Shown one piece after another: positions 1 through 12,755 of a stretch of 56,135 nucleotides of DNA (position 1 is the stretch's first letter; each line of letters starts with the position of its first letter). The notes under the pieces were generated by a model. That model saw only the letters and a list, made by a program, of their open reading frames with translations. It was not told where the DNA came from and did not search any database. Source of the DNA: Tubiluchus corallicola (taxonomy: Eukaryota > Animalia > Priapulida); contig JAQGDQ010001194.1 in assembly GCA_030141605.1 (NCBI GenBank), positions 1-56,135 on the forward strand, given 5' to 3'. Both the position numbers and the translations under genes were made by a program.

Positions 1-1192
1 TAGGTGACGAAACCAAACATTTTAGCACTTAACCCTGTGAGCCAGCCCCTGGAAACCTCTACCAGCCAATGATGAATGGGTCTGCGAATTATTACAGAAA
101 ATGGAGTAAAAAGAATGGATTGCAAAAATAAGTTTAATATCGTCAATTTTGTTTTTCTGCGAAAAACATGGACGCCATCCGTTTTGTTGTTAACCTGTGA
201 ATTCTAGACGCTAGACGAGGGAGCTAGCAGCCGGACGCTCTGGACGCTGGAAGCCGGATGCTGGACGTTTTGATGTATCATAAGACAGCGTTCATTAGTG
301 TTATAATTGATTAGATTAGATTAATTATTACTGTTGTGTATTAATTGTTGTTATTACATTAACCTACTTATTATTTCTGGTAACCAGGTAGGTACTTTCA
401 TTATTTCATAACAAACTTGGTTTGCGTTTTCTGCTGCGTCATGTCACAACTTAGTAATTAGCTAGTGATAGGCCTTCAAACAAAAATGAAGATTTTTATC
501 AGATATTAGCATATACGCGCCATAAGAAGTTTCTTCGCATGCTCCAGGTGTTATACATTTCTCAGGCCTGTCATTCGTAACTACAACTTAGAGCTGACAA
601 TATCCCTCTCCTCAAGCTGCTAACAAATTACTGTGAATGATGTTCTAGATTTGATAGAAAGTGTGGCTTATGACGCATGAGATAGGTGGTTGTGTAGTGA
701 TAGTGTGCTTGGTGGTTAGTGAAGCTAGTTGAACACAGCCGTCTTGTGTTGGGTATAGCGAAACATTATAGCGAGTGGACTGTCAGAAATTTGTTCTCAT
801 CTATGGGAAGTTATTGTTGTGAAGTAACATCGGGCACAGGACACACAGAGGTGCTTGAATATGGATCAACTATTCTGCGTATTAATTGAACATTCTGTAT
901 ACTAAAACAGCAATTCGGGTACAATACCTCTCTTCTATTTTTGAGAAAGATTTCATTGAAGAATTTGAGCACCACAGAGAATGAAAAGTATTCTGCGTGT
1001 TACACTGATACTTAGATAATTTATTAACTGATAATTAATTGATAATTGAATAGATAATTTATTAACACTGAACAAGAACTCTCGCGGTTTCCAATTCATT
1101 TTTAACTAGCAGATTTTTTTTTGCTCTAGTGAAAGGCAACAGCCCCTCAGTAATTACATAAAAGTTTCTGAGAGAGATGAATCTCCAAGCAA

Positions 1193-3102
1193 TGTTTACG
1201 TTATATAATTTTTAGCACTACAATTTCTAGATGAGTTACAATACAACATAAAAATTTCAACTTACCGCCGATAGCACAGCAGACGAAAAAGAAAAATACC
1301 CAGTCATGCGGCTCTACGCAACGCACATTAACAGTAGATTCTGCAGCTTCGGCTGGCATTATTCAAACGACCTTCCTGAATTTAATATTCCTTTTAAACA
1401 AAACGAAATCAAACAAATTAACAAAATCATGATCAAAGCGGTTACAAACGTTATGAACAACATTACTGTAAGTCGTGCATGCTTTGATGCAAACATGAAA
1501 GACAATGTTACAACGCATGCGTACAAGAAGAAGAGTCAGTGTCATAGATTTAAATGCGTGCGCAGAAACAAGGGCAAGCGCGGCATTTAAATAAATAATA
1601 TAGTTATAAAATATAGAAATATATACGTATATTTATCAATAATCGTTTATTTGTAGTGTCACCATGTTTTATAATTGAAATTGCATGTATGTCTTGTTTT
1701 TTGTTTTGTAGCAATTTTTGGCACTAAAACATGTATTGAGACTATATTAGTTTTATCGGATGGTGCAGAAAAAATGTGCCGGTAACTGCAATAACATTAG
1801 AAACAAGTGCTCTGCAACGTACAAAATAGAAATTTCACAGCGTGGTAAATATTACAATACATAGATTTTTGGCTATGAAAATTACAAGTTTATAGTTTTA
1901 GTAATTTTTAAGCTGTGACCAAAAAATATTTGCACGCTAAAGGCTCACTGACATGCCAAAAATGTTTTTTTTTACATATTTACCATATTTTGAACAAATT
2001 CATGTATAAATGACCCGACAATTACTATGAAAGTAATTTATTTAGCTTGAATCCTCACGATTTTGTCACAATTAGTTATTTAATTTCGATTTGTGCAAAT
2101 TTATCAGACGCTGTGGTCTTAAGAAACATACTCGAGCAATTAATGTCAGATAATCATCACTTCAAAATTAACCATATCAACGTATTTAACTCACTCAATA
2201 CAGCAAAACAACAAAGACACCAATTTTATTTTTATTTTCTTTCTATAATACTTTGATTGAAACATCTGCACGTTTTTTGCGCTACCTACTGTAGTTTATA
2301 TATATGATACAACTTATGCTAGACGGGTGCAAACATAATGGCTAAAGGTATCGTTGCTCAATGTTCAGTCAGGAGCACCAAGTCTCCAAATTGCCGTCGG
2401 AAATAAATCATTTTGAATGTTATTTCATGAGTGTGCTGGTGTATACAGAAGGTGATTTCAAAGATTGACCATAGTGTGTGTCCAGGGACTCCAGAATGTA
2501 CTAGCGGGCGTAACTGCTCAGTGCTCAAGTATAACCCAAAGTCATGGTTAAAATAATGTTAAACGTGATTGTAATAGTTCCGAAATAGTAATCAACAAAA
2601 AATATTAAATTTGTTGAACGGGGATTGTTAATGCATCAGTGCTCTATTAAAGGTACATGGGCCTGTTTACTTTTGATTTCTTTTTCAGTTATTGAAGTTT
2701 ATAATAATTAATATATTAACTAGAAAAGAAAACATTTTGCCCGAAAAATTCATTAATTTAGTTGTTGATTCTAGAACTAGAGGACATAATTTAAAACTGT
2801 CTAGAGAGCGGTCACGTCTTGACATTCGTGATTTCAAGGATTGACTATAGTGTGTCCAGGGACTCCAGAATGTATTATTAGCTGGCATAGCCGCTCAGTG
2901 CTCAAGTATAATCCTAAATATTCATTTTCTGTGAGAGTTGTGAATGAATGGAATAATCTGCCTGCCATGGTGATTGCCGCACCAACCACAGTAAAGTTTA
3001 AATCCTTAATCGACAATTATTTTGTGGAAAAATATGGGGTTCCTATGAGTGTACTCGTTTAACCCCTAATCATGACAGTATAACAGTTTCTGTATTATGC
3101 TA
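1193..3102 (+). repeat. Direct segmental duplication, copy 1 (~1.9 kb)
   Basis: Nearly identical to 6501-8406; the ORF track shows the same five ORFs offset by ~5.3 kb; only a few SNPs and small indels. Confidence 0.95.
1266..1313 (-). CDS. Duplicate copy of the 48-nt SLC9C-like exon (alternative exon, paralog start or pseudo-exon)
   Basis: Identical to 6574-6621 with intact ag/gtaagt sites; lies in the duplicated block 1193-3102. Confidence 0.4.
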
Positions 3103-3125
3103 TTGTTGTTATGTTTGTTTTTACG
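2700..3125 (+). mobile_element. LINE (CR1/L2-group) ORF2 3' fragment, interrupted by an 86-bp insertion
   Basis: Translates to RTRGHNLKL...RLDIR / KYSFSVRVVNEWNNLP...KFKSLID, a typical CR1-group C-terminus; also present in the duplicate at ~8005-8400. Confidence 0.75.
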
Positions 3126-3635
3126 AAAAAAAACTTTGTCTGTGGAGATGGGGCGAGGAAAGACCGTAGGTCATCTACTCACTCACCCCTTATAATTTGA
3201 TACTGATGACAGAAAAAAGAATTGATGACACAGAATGCAAATAAACTAATCAAAAATAAAGCAATAACAAAAGCAAAATAATAAAAACAAACATAACAAC
3301 AATAGCATAAGTGAAAAAAAAGAGTAATAATAAATGAAGATGATGAACACGTGTGACAATAATTAGTTACAAATTAAATAAAATGATAATAATGTACAGT
3401 TGTTTACAAAATTCTCGACAACAAAAAATAATGTGTATATGATTATATAACAGAAAAAAAGAAACATAAAAGCAAAGCAAAGCAGCTAATTTATGTCACC
3501 GTCCAAATTAATCGCTAATTGGGTATAGTGCGTACACAAAAAATGTGTTTTAGCAGTTTTTTTATAAAATAATTTTTATAAACAAACAGTGGTAAAATAA
3601 AATGACGATGAAATTAATCACAATGCCATAATTTA

Positions 3636-4110
3636 CCGTATTTTCCCATGTATAAGAGACCCTTGTGTATAAGAGACCCCTTCAATTTTTTAGGCAAAAA
3701 TTCTGGGAAAAAGTTTTTTGGTAATGAATAACTTTATTCATCATAGAAATCATTAAATTCCTCATCACTCTCATCAACTGGAGTCAGACCTTCAGCAATT
3801 CCAGCCAGTTCATCATCAGAGGAGTCACTCTGCTCCAAAATGGCATTGTCCTCTTTTGACATTTAAAAAAATAATAACTTACCCGGTACATTAATTTTAT
3901 CATTAGAATTTAGCCATGGAGAAGATTTATTGAAAGGAAACTATAATTATTCGAAATAAAACAGTTGTAGAGCACTTATTTCTTTAAAATCATTAGTGTC
4001 ACAATTTATGCATCTTATTGAAAAGACTTACTCCCATGTATAAGAGACCCCTTATTTTTAAAGTGAAAATTCTGAGCAAAAAAGGGTCTCTTATACACGG
4101 GAAAATACGG
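3636..4110 (-). mobile_element. pogo/Tigger-type (Tc1-mariner superfamily) non-autonomous DNA transposon
   Basis: TA|CCGTATTTTCCCATGTATAAGAGACC...GGTCTCTTATACACGGGAAAATACGG|TA terminal inverted repeats. Internal acidic remnant EDNAILEQSDSSDDELAGIAEGLTPVDESDEEFNDFYDE* on the minus strand resembles a pogo transposase C-terminus. Confidence 0.85.
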
Positions 4111-4192
4111 TATGTAGATTTGAAATATAGAATATCTAAACATCTAAACATATCTAAACATAAAGAATATAAAAACTGCTATAGCTACTTAC

Positions 4193-6621
4193 TTGTTCCG
4201 AATATGGAAAATGCAATGATTTGTGCGAAGTATTCGAAGAACATGTGTGAGTTAACGTTGAAGGCAACGGAAAACATGATAATGGGCAGGAACACGTCCA
4301 CGCCGAGATGTGGATTCAAATCAGAAAGAGCTTTGGGACTAAACAACGCGTAACGAAACGAGCTGCCAATCACTCCAATAATGCAGCCAATAATGAAAAA
4401 AATGGCAGGATAAGGTAGCTGCAGTTTTCTACTGAAGCGCGACCAAACATTTTGAAATGTTCTCAGCAAAGCTAAAACAAGAGAGGAAGATTAATAGCGT
4501 CACACTGACGTCAGTGGTATTTTTGATTTGCGTTTTTTGCACAAACTTCCAGTCCCAAAGTCAGAAGTCAACTTTGGTCCTGTGGAAGCTGACACAGAAA
4601 AGTGGTGCACAGACAAAGCGAACATACTATTAAAGCCTACTTAAGCAGAAGACCTATGTATTTTATTTTCATTTTTAACGTTGTTAACGTTTTTTGCAGA
4701 ATTGGTCCTTCTAAGTTTTTCCACAGAAAGAGTACACGACTTTTTAATCATAAAATTTATAATAAAACTATATTTTTTCGACCAAATAAAATTTTCAGTG
4801 CCGTGTTTTGATAAGGTTCTTCTAACATAGCTAATACTCGTGCAAACAGACTTGCATGGACAGCAACTCTATAATCAAGTGCTCAATCATTTCTACTTTG
4901 TAATTCTCTGCCATTACAGGTTAAACAAATCAGGTCCCACCAGCATTTAAAACAAAATTAAAATCATTAATATTAACGAAATATAAAATACCATCTCACC
5001 AATACGACAACATACTTACCAATTCAGAATTTCTATATCTACGGGCACATTAATTAAATAAATCACGGTTTTTAATTTATGAAAATAGCTGTAAATACGT
5101 TTTATATTTAGCGTCATTATATTTTGTTTCTACTCTTTTCGGGTTACAGCACAGCAGTTTACATTGCACTGACGCATTTGCCTTTAGCAAGTTTTTATTA
5201 ACTAACAATGATTGATCATATGTAATATATATATATATGGCATAATTAGATTTAATAGATTTATTTCGCAATAAACATATACATATACATTACATGTGCA
5301 TCGATAATCAGTTTTTGTTAATACAAAATTGTGATACAATTCATGAATTCTGCGCTAGAGACCTAAGAAGCTAGCTTATGGTAGGCCACTAGAATTAGTT
5401 ACGAAAGAAATTACAATATATACAGATACAATATTACAATATATACAAATATAAATACGGGTGGGAAGTAATAAAAATATTATTATACTAGAGGGGAAGT
5501 TTTTGAAAATGAAAAACAACAAATCATGATTGAGTGATCAGTTATATGTTTCAAGTAAGTTTAATATATATATATATATATTTAAATATAGACAGCGAGC
5601 TGGCATTTTTAATAGCTGGAGCAATTGAATTCCATATGTAAGGGCCATTGTATTTAATAGAAAATTTTCTAACATTTGCGTTACACTGTATGTAGTGATA
5701 GTTCAGTCTATAACGTGTGCCGTAATTATGTATCTCAGCATTCAAACAAAAATAATCAGTAAATAATATGAGAGAATTTGTGCATGAAAATGGCAGTTTG
5801 GAACTTATTAATGTCATAAATGTTTAGAAATGTTTGCGAGCTATGTCTGTTCTTCCAATCAATCTTCTTACAGCGCATTGTGAAAACAAATGATCAGAAC
5901 ATAAGCACATTTGGCAGCTTCTGAGTTTCTGCATCACGCTGCACATTGTTGAAAAAAATTTGAGGTCAACGACAAAGGTCGGTGTCCCATAACACTTGGT
6001 AAATTCCACATTTCCTGCATTTCAAAAACGTCAAAAAAGATATGGTCGAAACAACCAAATCTAGCATTCTAATCATGCGTTTTTTACATTATATTAAATG
6101 ACAACCTTTTTATTGCTATTATGCAAACACTTGGCGGCGGACGAATATCGGCACAATATTTACAGAATCTTGTAACTCAGTGACATCTACGTCAACGAGT
6201 TACAACTTTGGATACAATAATACGAGATCAAATTTATTTATGATTAAGCAGGATAAGATTTCCATAGTGGACTAAATACACTCATAAGCGTCAATAATTG
6301 TTTCGCTTACAAAAAATGTATCAAGCAGCCCCAGGTCAAATTGCATCTAAATAAAAGTAAAATAACATTACCATCCAAAAGACCTACATAATAAGGCTAC
6401 ATACATTCGTTATCGTGCCTGACGGTACTTCAAACTCCAATTTTACATAGGTCGATTTGATATACACACACACTTATGTAGATCTGAATACAATAGGTTT
6501 AGTTTACGTTATATAATTTTTAGCACTACAATTTCTAGATGAGTTACAATACAACATAAAAATTTCAACTTACCGCCGATAGCACAGCAGACGAAAAAGA
6601 AAAATACCCAGTCATGCGGCT
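4193..6621 (-). CDS. SLC9C-like (sperm-type) Na+/H+ exchanger, N-terminal exons (partial gene)
   Basis: Exon 6574-6621 (ag|AG CCG CAT...GGC G|gtaagt; PHDWVFFFFVCCAIG) splices in phase to exon 4193-4471 (ALLRTFQNVWSRFSRKLQLPYPAIFFIIGCIIG...LNPHLGVDVFLPIIMFSVAFNVNSHMF...|gtaagt). The LPY and (P)xxxxxxFLPxxxFxxAF motifs are typical of the first TM helices of CPA1/SLC9 antiporters and resemble SLC9C1. Start codon and downstream exons were not identified. Confidence 0.75.
4913..5220 (+). repeat. Unclassified dispersed repeat (second copy ~46578-46870)
   Basis: Shared sequence attacaggttaaacaaa...cagcatttaaaacaaaattaaaatc...ttttattaactaaca..tgattgatca. Confidence 0.7.
5250..5800 (-). mobile_element. 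LINE 3' fragment (CR1/Crack-like)
   Basis: ORF 5551-5817 contains HNYGTR...RKFSIKYNGPYIWNSIAPAIKNASSLSIFK, a typical LINE ORF2 C-terminal motif. Confidence 0.65.
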
Positions 6622-8406
6622 CTACGCAACGCACATTAACAGTAGATTCTGCAGCTTCGGCTGGCATTATTCAAACGACCTTCCTGAATTTAATATTCCT
6701 TTTAAACAAAACGAAATCAAACAAATTAACAAAATCATGATCAAAGCGGTTACAAACGTTATGAACAACATTACTGTAAGTCGTGCATGCTTTGATGCAA
6801 ACATGAAAGACAATGTTACAACGCATGCGTACAAGAAGAAGAGTCAGTGTCATAGATTTAAATGCGTGCGCAGAAACAAGGGCAAGCGCGGCATTTAAAT
6901 AAATAATATAGTTATAAAATATAGAAATATATACGTATATTTATCAATAATCGTTTATTTGTAGTGTCGCCATGTTTTATAATTGAAATTGCATGTATGT
7001 CTTGTTTTTTGTTTTGTAGCAATTTTTGGCACTAAAACATGTATTGAGACTATATTAGTTTTATCGGATGGTGCAGAAAAAATGTGCCGGTAACTGCAAT
7101 AACATTAGAAACAAGTGCTCTGCAACGTACAAAATAGAAATTTCACAGCGTGGTAAATATTACAATACATAGATTTTTGGCTATGAAAATTACAAGTTTA
7201 TAGTTTTAGTAATTTTTAAGCTGTGACCAAAAAATATTTGCACGCTAAAGGCTCACTGACATGCCAAAAATGTTTTTTTACATATTTACCATATTTTGAA
7301 CAAATTCACGTATAAATGACCCGACAATTACTATGAAAGTAATTTATTTAGCTTGAATCCTCACGATTTTGTCACAATTAGTTATTTAATTTCGATTTGT
7401 GCAAATTTATCAGACGCTGTGGTCTTAAGAAACATACTCGAGCAATTAATGTCAGATAATCATCACTTCAAAATTAACCATATCAACGTATTTAACGCAC
7501 TCAATACAGCAAAACAACAAAGACACCAATTTTATTTTTATTTTCTTTCTATAATACTTTGATTGAAACATCTGCACGTTTTTTGCGCTACCTACTGTAG
7601 TTTATATATATGATACAACTTATGCTAGACGGGTGCAAACATAATGGCTAAAGGTATCGTTGCTCAATGTTCAGTCAGGAGCACCAAGTCTCCAAATTGC
7701 CGTCGGAAATAAATCATTTTGAATGTTATTTCATGAGTGTGCTGGTGTATACAGAAGGTGATTTCAAAGATTGACCATAGTGTGTGTCCAGGGACTCCAG
7801 AATGTACTAGCGTGTAACTGCTCAGTGCTCAAGTATAACCCAAAGTCATGGTTAAAATAATGTTAAACGTGATTGTAATAGTTCCGAAATAGTAATCAAA
7901 AAAAAATATTAAATTTGTTGAACGGGAATTGTTAATGCATCAGTGCTCTATTAAAGGTACATGGGCCTGTTTACTTTTGATTTCTTTTTCAGTTATTGAA
8001 GTTTATAATAATTAATATATTAACTAGAAAAGAAAACATTTTGCCCGAAAAATTCATTAATTTAGTTGTTGATTCTAGAACTAGAGGACATAATTTAAAA
8101 CTGTTTAGAGAGCGGTCACGTCTTGACATTCGTGATTTCAAGGATTGACTATAGTGTGTCCAGGGACTCCAGAATGTATTATTAGCTGGCATAGCCGATC
8201 AGTGCTCAAGTATAATCCTAAATATTCATTTTCTGTGAGAGTTGTGAATGAATGGAATAATCTGCCTGCCATGGTGATTGCCGCACCAACCACAGTAAAG
8301 TTTAAATCCTTAATCGACAATTATTTTGTGGAAAAATATGGGGTTCCTATGAGTGTACTCGTTTAACCCCTAATCATGACAGTATAACAGTTTCTGTATT
8401 ATGCTC
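6501..8406 (+). repeat. Direct segmental duplication, copy 2 (~1.9 kb)
   Basis: Nearly identical to 1193-3102. Confidence 0.95.
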
Positions 8407-8988
8407 GTAAGTTATGTTTACCTCGTTCTAATGAGTCCCAATTTTATTATTAGTAACAGTTACAATAATACATGAATTTTATTCCTTTTAGTATCCTTTT
8501 TAGAGCCAATAGTTTGCATTGTAGAGATTCCCTTCGAGTAAGAACTACAAACCGTGACTGTTATCTATGAATAAAATTATTACTGTAAGTCTTTTAATTG
8601 TACTCAGAAATATGAATCTTCACAAGGATTTTTATTAGACCGCACAATCCTGCTGTAATACTGTGTATATTTATGTACTTCATCTACGTTTTCATTCTTT
8701 TGTTAGTAAGAGTGATGCAAAAATATTCAAAATTTTCATGATGACTAGTAAAATTAACATGTATGAAGCAGTAAATGCTTTTAAAAAGAAAAGGTGTTAT
8801 CAGAATATCCAGAAAACTTAAGATTCGAGAAATCCCTTCACTTATATAAAACTAAAAAAATCTTGAAATTTTATATCACCTTACTGCCTAATTTCACAGA
8901 GGTGATTCGCAGTGGCTATACTAATATCTCTATCAGGCTCCTGTATATCCATATCATAAAGGAGAAAGCAAAAAAGAAACCTGTAAAC

Positions 8989-9393
8989 CAGGGGCGTGCA
9001 AACTGCGGCCCGCCGAGAGATCTTGTGCGGCCCACGAAGAGGTTTGTCAACGTAATGAAAGTGCGGCCCGGGCGATCCAGCTGAAGTCTGCACCAATATC
9101 GCAAAGATAATGCGCGTTGTTTTTTCCTCTAGATCGGATGGCAGTAACCCTTACAAGACCGTTGTCACTTTCGGATATGACGAAATATATGGTTTTCAAT
9201 GTAAATTTAAATAACTTCTAAAATAGTTTCTTGAGTGTAGTAGTGCAGTAGTAAAGATGTGCACAAATTGGATGCAAAAAAGTCGTTATTAGGTCCTACT
9301 GTACTTGGCACCTTGATCTAACTGCATGTTGCCCACAGGAATTGCGGGAAAGTTTAATGTGACCTGGCTGGTCAGGTAATTTGCACACCCCTG
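8989..9393 (+). mobile_element. hAT-type MITE, family A
   Basis: TIR CAGGGG(C/T)GTGCAAA; perfect 8-bp TSD ctgtaaac; related copies at 47422-47898 and 51068-51723. Confidence 0.9.
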
Positions 9394-11483
9394 CTGTAAA
9401 CCTATCAAGCTGTTATTCTTTTATTCTTACACCTCTACATTGACCCCATAATTTCTCTAAATTTTATCACTTTGGTGATTCGAGCATTGATTCTTGCTAG
9501 TTTGCTCGTATTTAATGAACTTAGATCTTCTTTATTCACTGCATAATTTCCAAATATTTTTTAGTTACTTCACATTTCAACAGATTTTCCATTGTATCAA
9601 ACTCCTTCACACACAGTGGACACATCAAATCATCCTTACACTCATTTTTATAATTACACTTTAATTTTATCATTCATTTCCATTCAGTAATTTCATATAC
9701 AGTTTTTTCAATACACTGCATCACATAATTTGTTGCCTGTTCCCAATTTTCCACACTGTTTTTCATGAATCTCAGTTTTGTCATATTATCACACTTTTTC
9801 ACAGCTACTACTTTTAGATACTTTTTAACTGCTTTTTTAAATACCTTTTTTCATTGTGACTTCAATAAGCTTCACATTCTTTCGGCATTTATATCTAAAT
9901 CATACATATTTGTAGTTTCTCTAATTTTTGTCCCCCCCTCCCAGTTTCTGGGAATGTTTTTGTCACATATACTCAACAGCAACTTTTTAGCATCTCTTTT
10001 ACTTTTGGGTATCAGCATACTTCGGTACCACATTAATTTTTTATAATATATTATTTGTCTCAATGGCCAAAGGGTCATCATTAGGTCACCTAGTCGTCAT
10101 TAGGCCCCAACAACTCGTAGACATTTTCTGTTTCATAATACATCTTAGGGCTTCTTTTTGCTAGTTTTTTTATTTCTTTGTAGTTCATTGCTGTTAATTT
10201 ACTTCACGCCTTCATATTAAAAATTAAGCTAGGAATCATCGTTGTCTTGTACACTAACTGCATTATTTTTATAGCTTCAATTCCTACAGCACCAGCTAAT
10301 TCAAGAGCTTGTATTAGCAGCAGTGCAAAGTAAAACTTGCAAATTTAAACTCTTGTGATAAGCATTAGTAGCATCCATTTTGGCAGTATATCATTTGAAG
10401 CAAATTTAGAACAAAATTGAGGAAATTTTGAAAAATAACCAGAGCATACGTAGTGCACACTTGACTAGCTAAGCTAAATTATAAATTACTTTATGTTGTC
10501 AGTATAGTCAAAATAATCAAAAGAGCAAGTGACTCACACTGGGAAAGTTAGTCAGTGACATTTAACTTCCCCTTTAAATAAATAGATATAAATAAATAGA
10601 TAGATATATTCCCATTAGATATCAATTAGTATAGATAGATGGATCCTACTGTACAATCCACTCACTTCATTGTTAAAGTTAAAAGTTATGATTTTAAAGT
10701 TAAACTGTGTGGTAAATGTACAGTAATATAGTTCACAATGTGAGAATTGAGCTTGCTGCCATTTATTGCATTTGCTTTTCTAACTGTGCGACTGCATCAG
10801 CAGGGCTTTCACCTGCATTGTTAGTTCTTAGCAAAGTTTATTTCTTTTTCCATTTCAATCTTAATTTACAGAAAGCAAAACTCAGTACTATAATACTGCT
10901 GCACTATTTTAGAGTAGTTGTAATTCAACTGCAACGAAAAGTAGTTTTTGAGAGGAATAGCTGAGTTTCCGCAATGCGTACCTGGTGACTTAAAGTCATT
11001 TTATTTGCATAACTGCAATTTTCCTTTCATGTAACATGGTTTTCATACACTCCATTATGTGTATTAGAATATTTGTATTCTCTGTTTTTTTCTGAAACAC
11101 CCTGTATTATATGGGTTTTTACATGAAAACTGCACTTGTTGAATCTGTATACAACCCCTAATGTTTGCTAAATTGTGCAAATATATGTAACACTTCGTTA
11201 ACAGCGATTCTGGCAAAGCAATTTGGAACGGACTTGCGCCATTGTTAAACACGCTTCGTCAACATACCTGTTCCTTCCTACATTGCAGGGATAAATTATG
11301 AATGCTTACACTGACAGTGCATTTTTGTTTCTGATTTTTGCTGTGAGGAATCTAAACATGTATTAGATTCAATAGATGTGAGCAGGTGCGACATCTTATA
11401 ATACTGCATCTGCTAATATTTGTAGTGAAATTTGTGTCTTGTAGTGTAATCTGTTTTATTAAATAAAGTGTTGTGACTTTAAG

Positions 11484-12127
11484 CAGTGGCAGCTCGTGTG
11501 TCAGTACTGTGGAACTGAGCACCCCCTATTATCACTCCATATTATCAAAAATATTCAATGTAATAAGTCTTTTTTCTTTAGTTGTTTCTTTATACTTGTA
11601 TGGTCCAGAGCACGTGAGAGTAGTACCATAGAGCATGTAAGTACTATGGTACTGCACCACTCATTATTATCGAATATTCAATGTAATAAGTCTTTTTTCT
11701 TTAGTTAGTACAATTTGTACAATCTGTACAAATTTGTAACTTGTTAGTACAAGTTACTACAATCAGGGAAGTACAATTTGCTCCACAGCCCAAGCAACGT
11801 GGCCATGCACACATGTCTGAGATAAGAGGCTGCACTTTAGATAGAAAGAGTACTGTCACTCATGCAGTGTGTATAGTCAGTTGTCACGTGCTTAGTAGCC
11901 GTGTACTGGCATATTCTTGCACTGCCACAATTTAGGTTATTCGTATGCAATATTTATTGTTTAGGATTTTATCAAGTTCATGTTACATTTCGAACGTTTG
12001 TTTGTTTAAAATTACAATTACAAATTACAACATTAAAATTACATACGTTTGTTTCGTATTACGCAGTATTAAAACAATGGCTAAAAATTTTCTGAAGCAG
12101 CGCCTTCACTAATCTTATCTACCACTG
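11484..12127 (+). mobile_element. MITE with CAGTGG termini, family B (probably hAT)
   Basis: CAGTGGC...CCACTG ends; inverted homologous copy at 21170-21668; TSDs degenerate. Confidence 0.7.
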
Positions 12128-12213
12128 ATTATAAGAGCTAATATTGTGGCTCTTGTACACATATTACAATATCAAGTTTTTGATTGATTTTGAGTACCTA
12201 CCTACCTTGCATT

Positions 12214-12755
12214 GTTGGCATCCTTCTGTCTCGGAAGACAATGGAATGTGCCCCAAGAGAGTCAGTTATTGATCACATTGATGGAGCTGCAGCGTCGACT
12301 GTGGCTGAGCAGTCCCGATCCTTGAACATCTCCAGGGCACACGCCTGGGCAAGGTGTATGGAGATCCTGAGTTGCCCAAACAACACGAACCCCCTCTCTT
12401 CCTCCCTGGTGTAGTCCAAAGGAAAGCGGAGCAATACGTTTGGCACCAGGTTGGCTGCAGGAGCTGCCGGAGTCAGTGAGCATGCTGCACTGGTCCGCCT
12501 TTGGGGCTTCACTCCCGATTTGGAAGGTTTACTCCTCTACACATGGGCGTTGGGTCACTTGACCTCCTCCGCCCTCTAGCCGTTGGCTGCTTGTGCAGCT
12601 CCTCCGCCTAGTGTCGAGATACAGTGTGGGCATCCCGCAAGCCTACAGCACCTTGTATTCCTAGGCGGTCACCCATCCAAGTCCTAACCAGGCTCTACGT
12701 TACTTAACGTCGATCAAACAAGAACCGGTGTTCTCAATGTGATATGGCTGTAGAC
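12214..12755 (-). mobile_element. 5S rRNA-derived SINE (SINE3 type), full length
   Basis: 5S-like head (~12640-12755) + ~400-bp body + CAA tail; 12-bp TSD ctaccttgcatt. Confidence 0.9.

Noticed and set aside
1306-1590. 94-aa plus-strand ORF occurring twice (also 6614-6898)
   Set aside because: Repeats only because of the segmental duplication; no recognisable motif; overlaps the minus-strand exon and intron.
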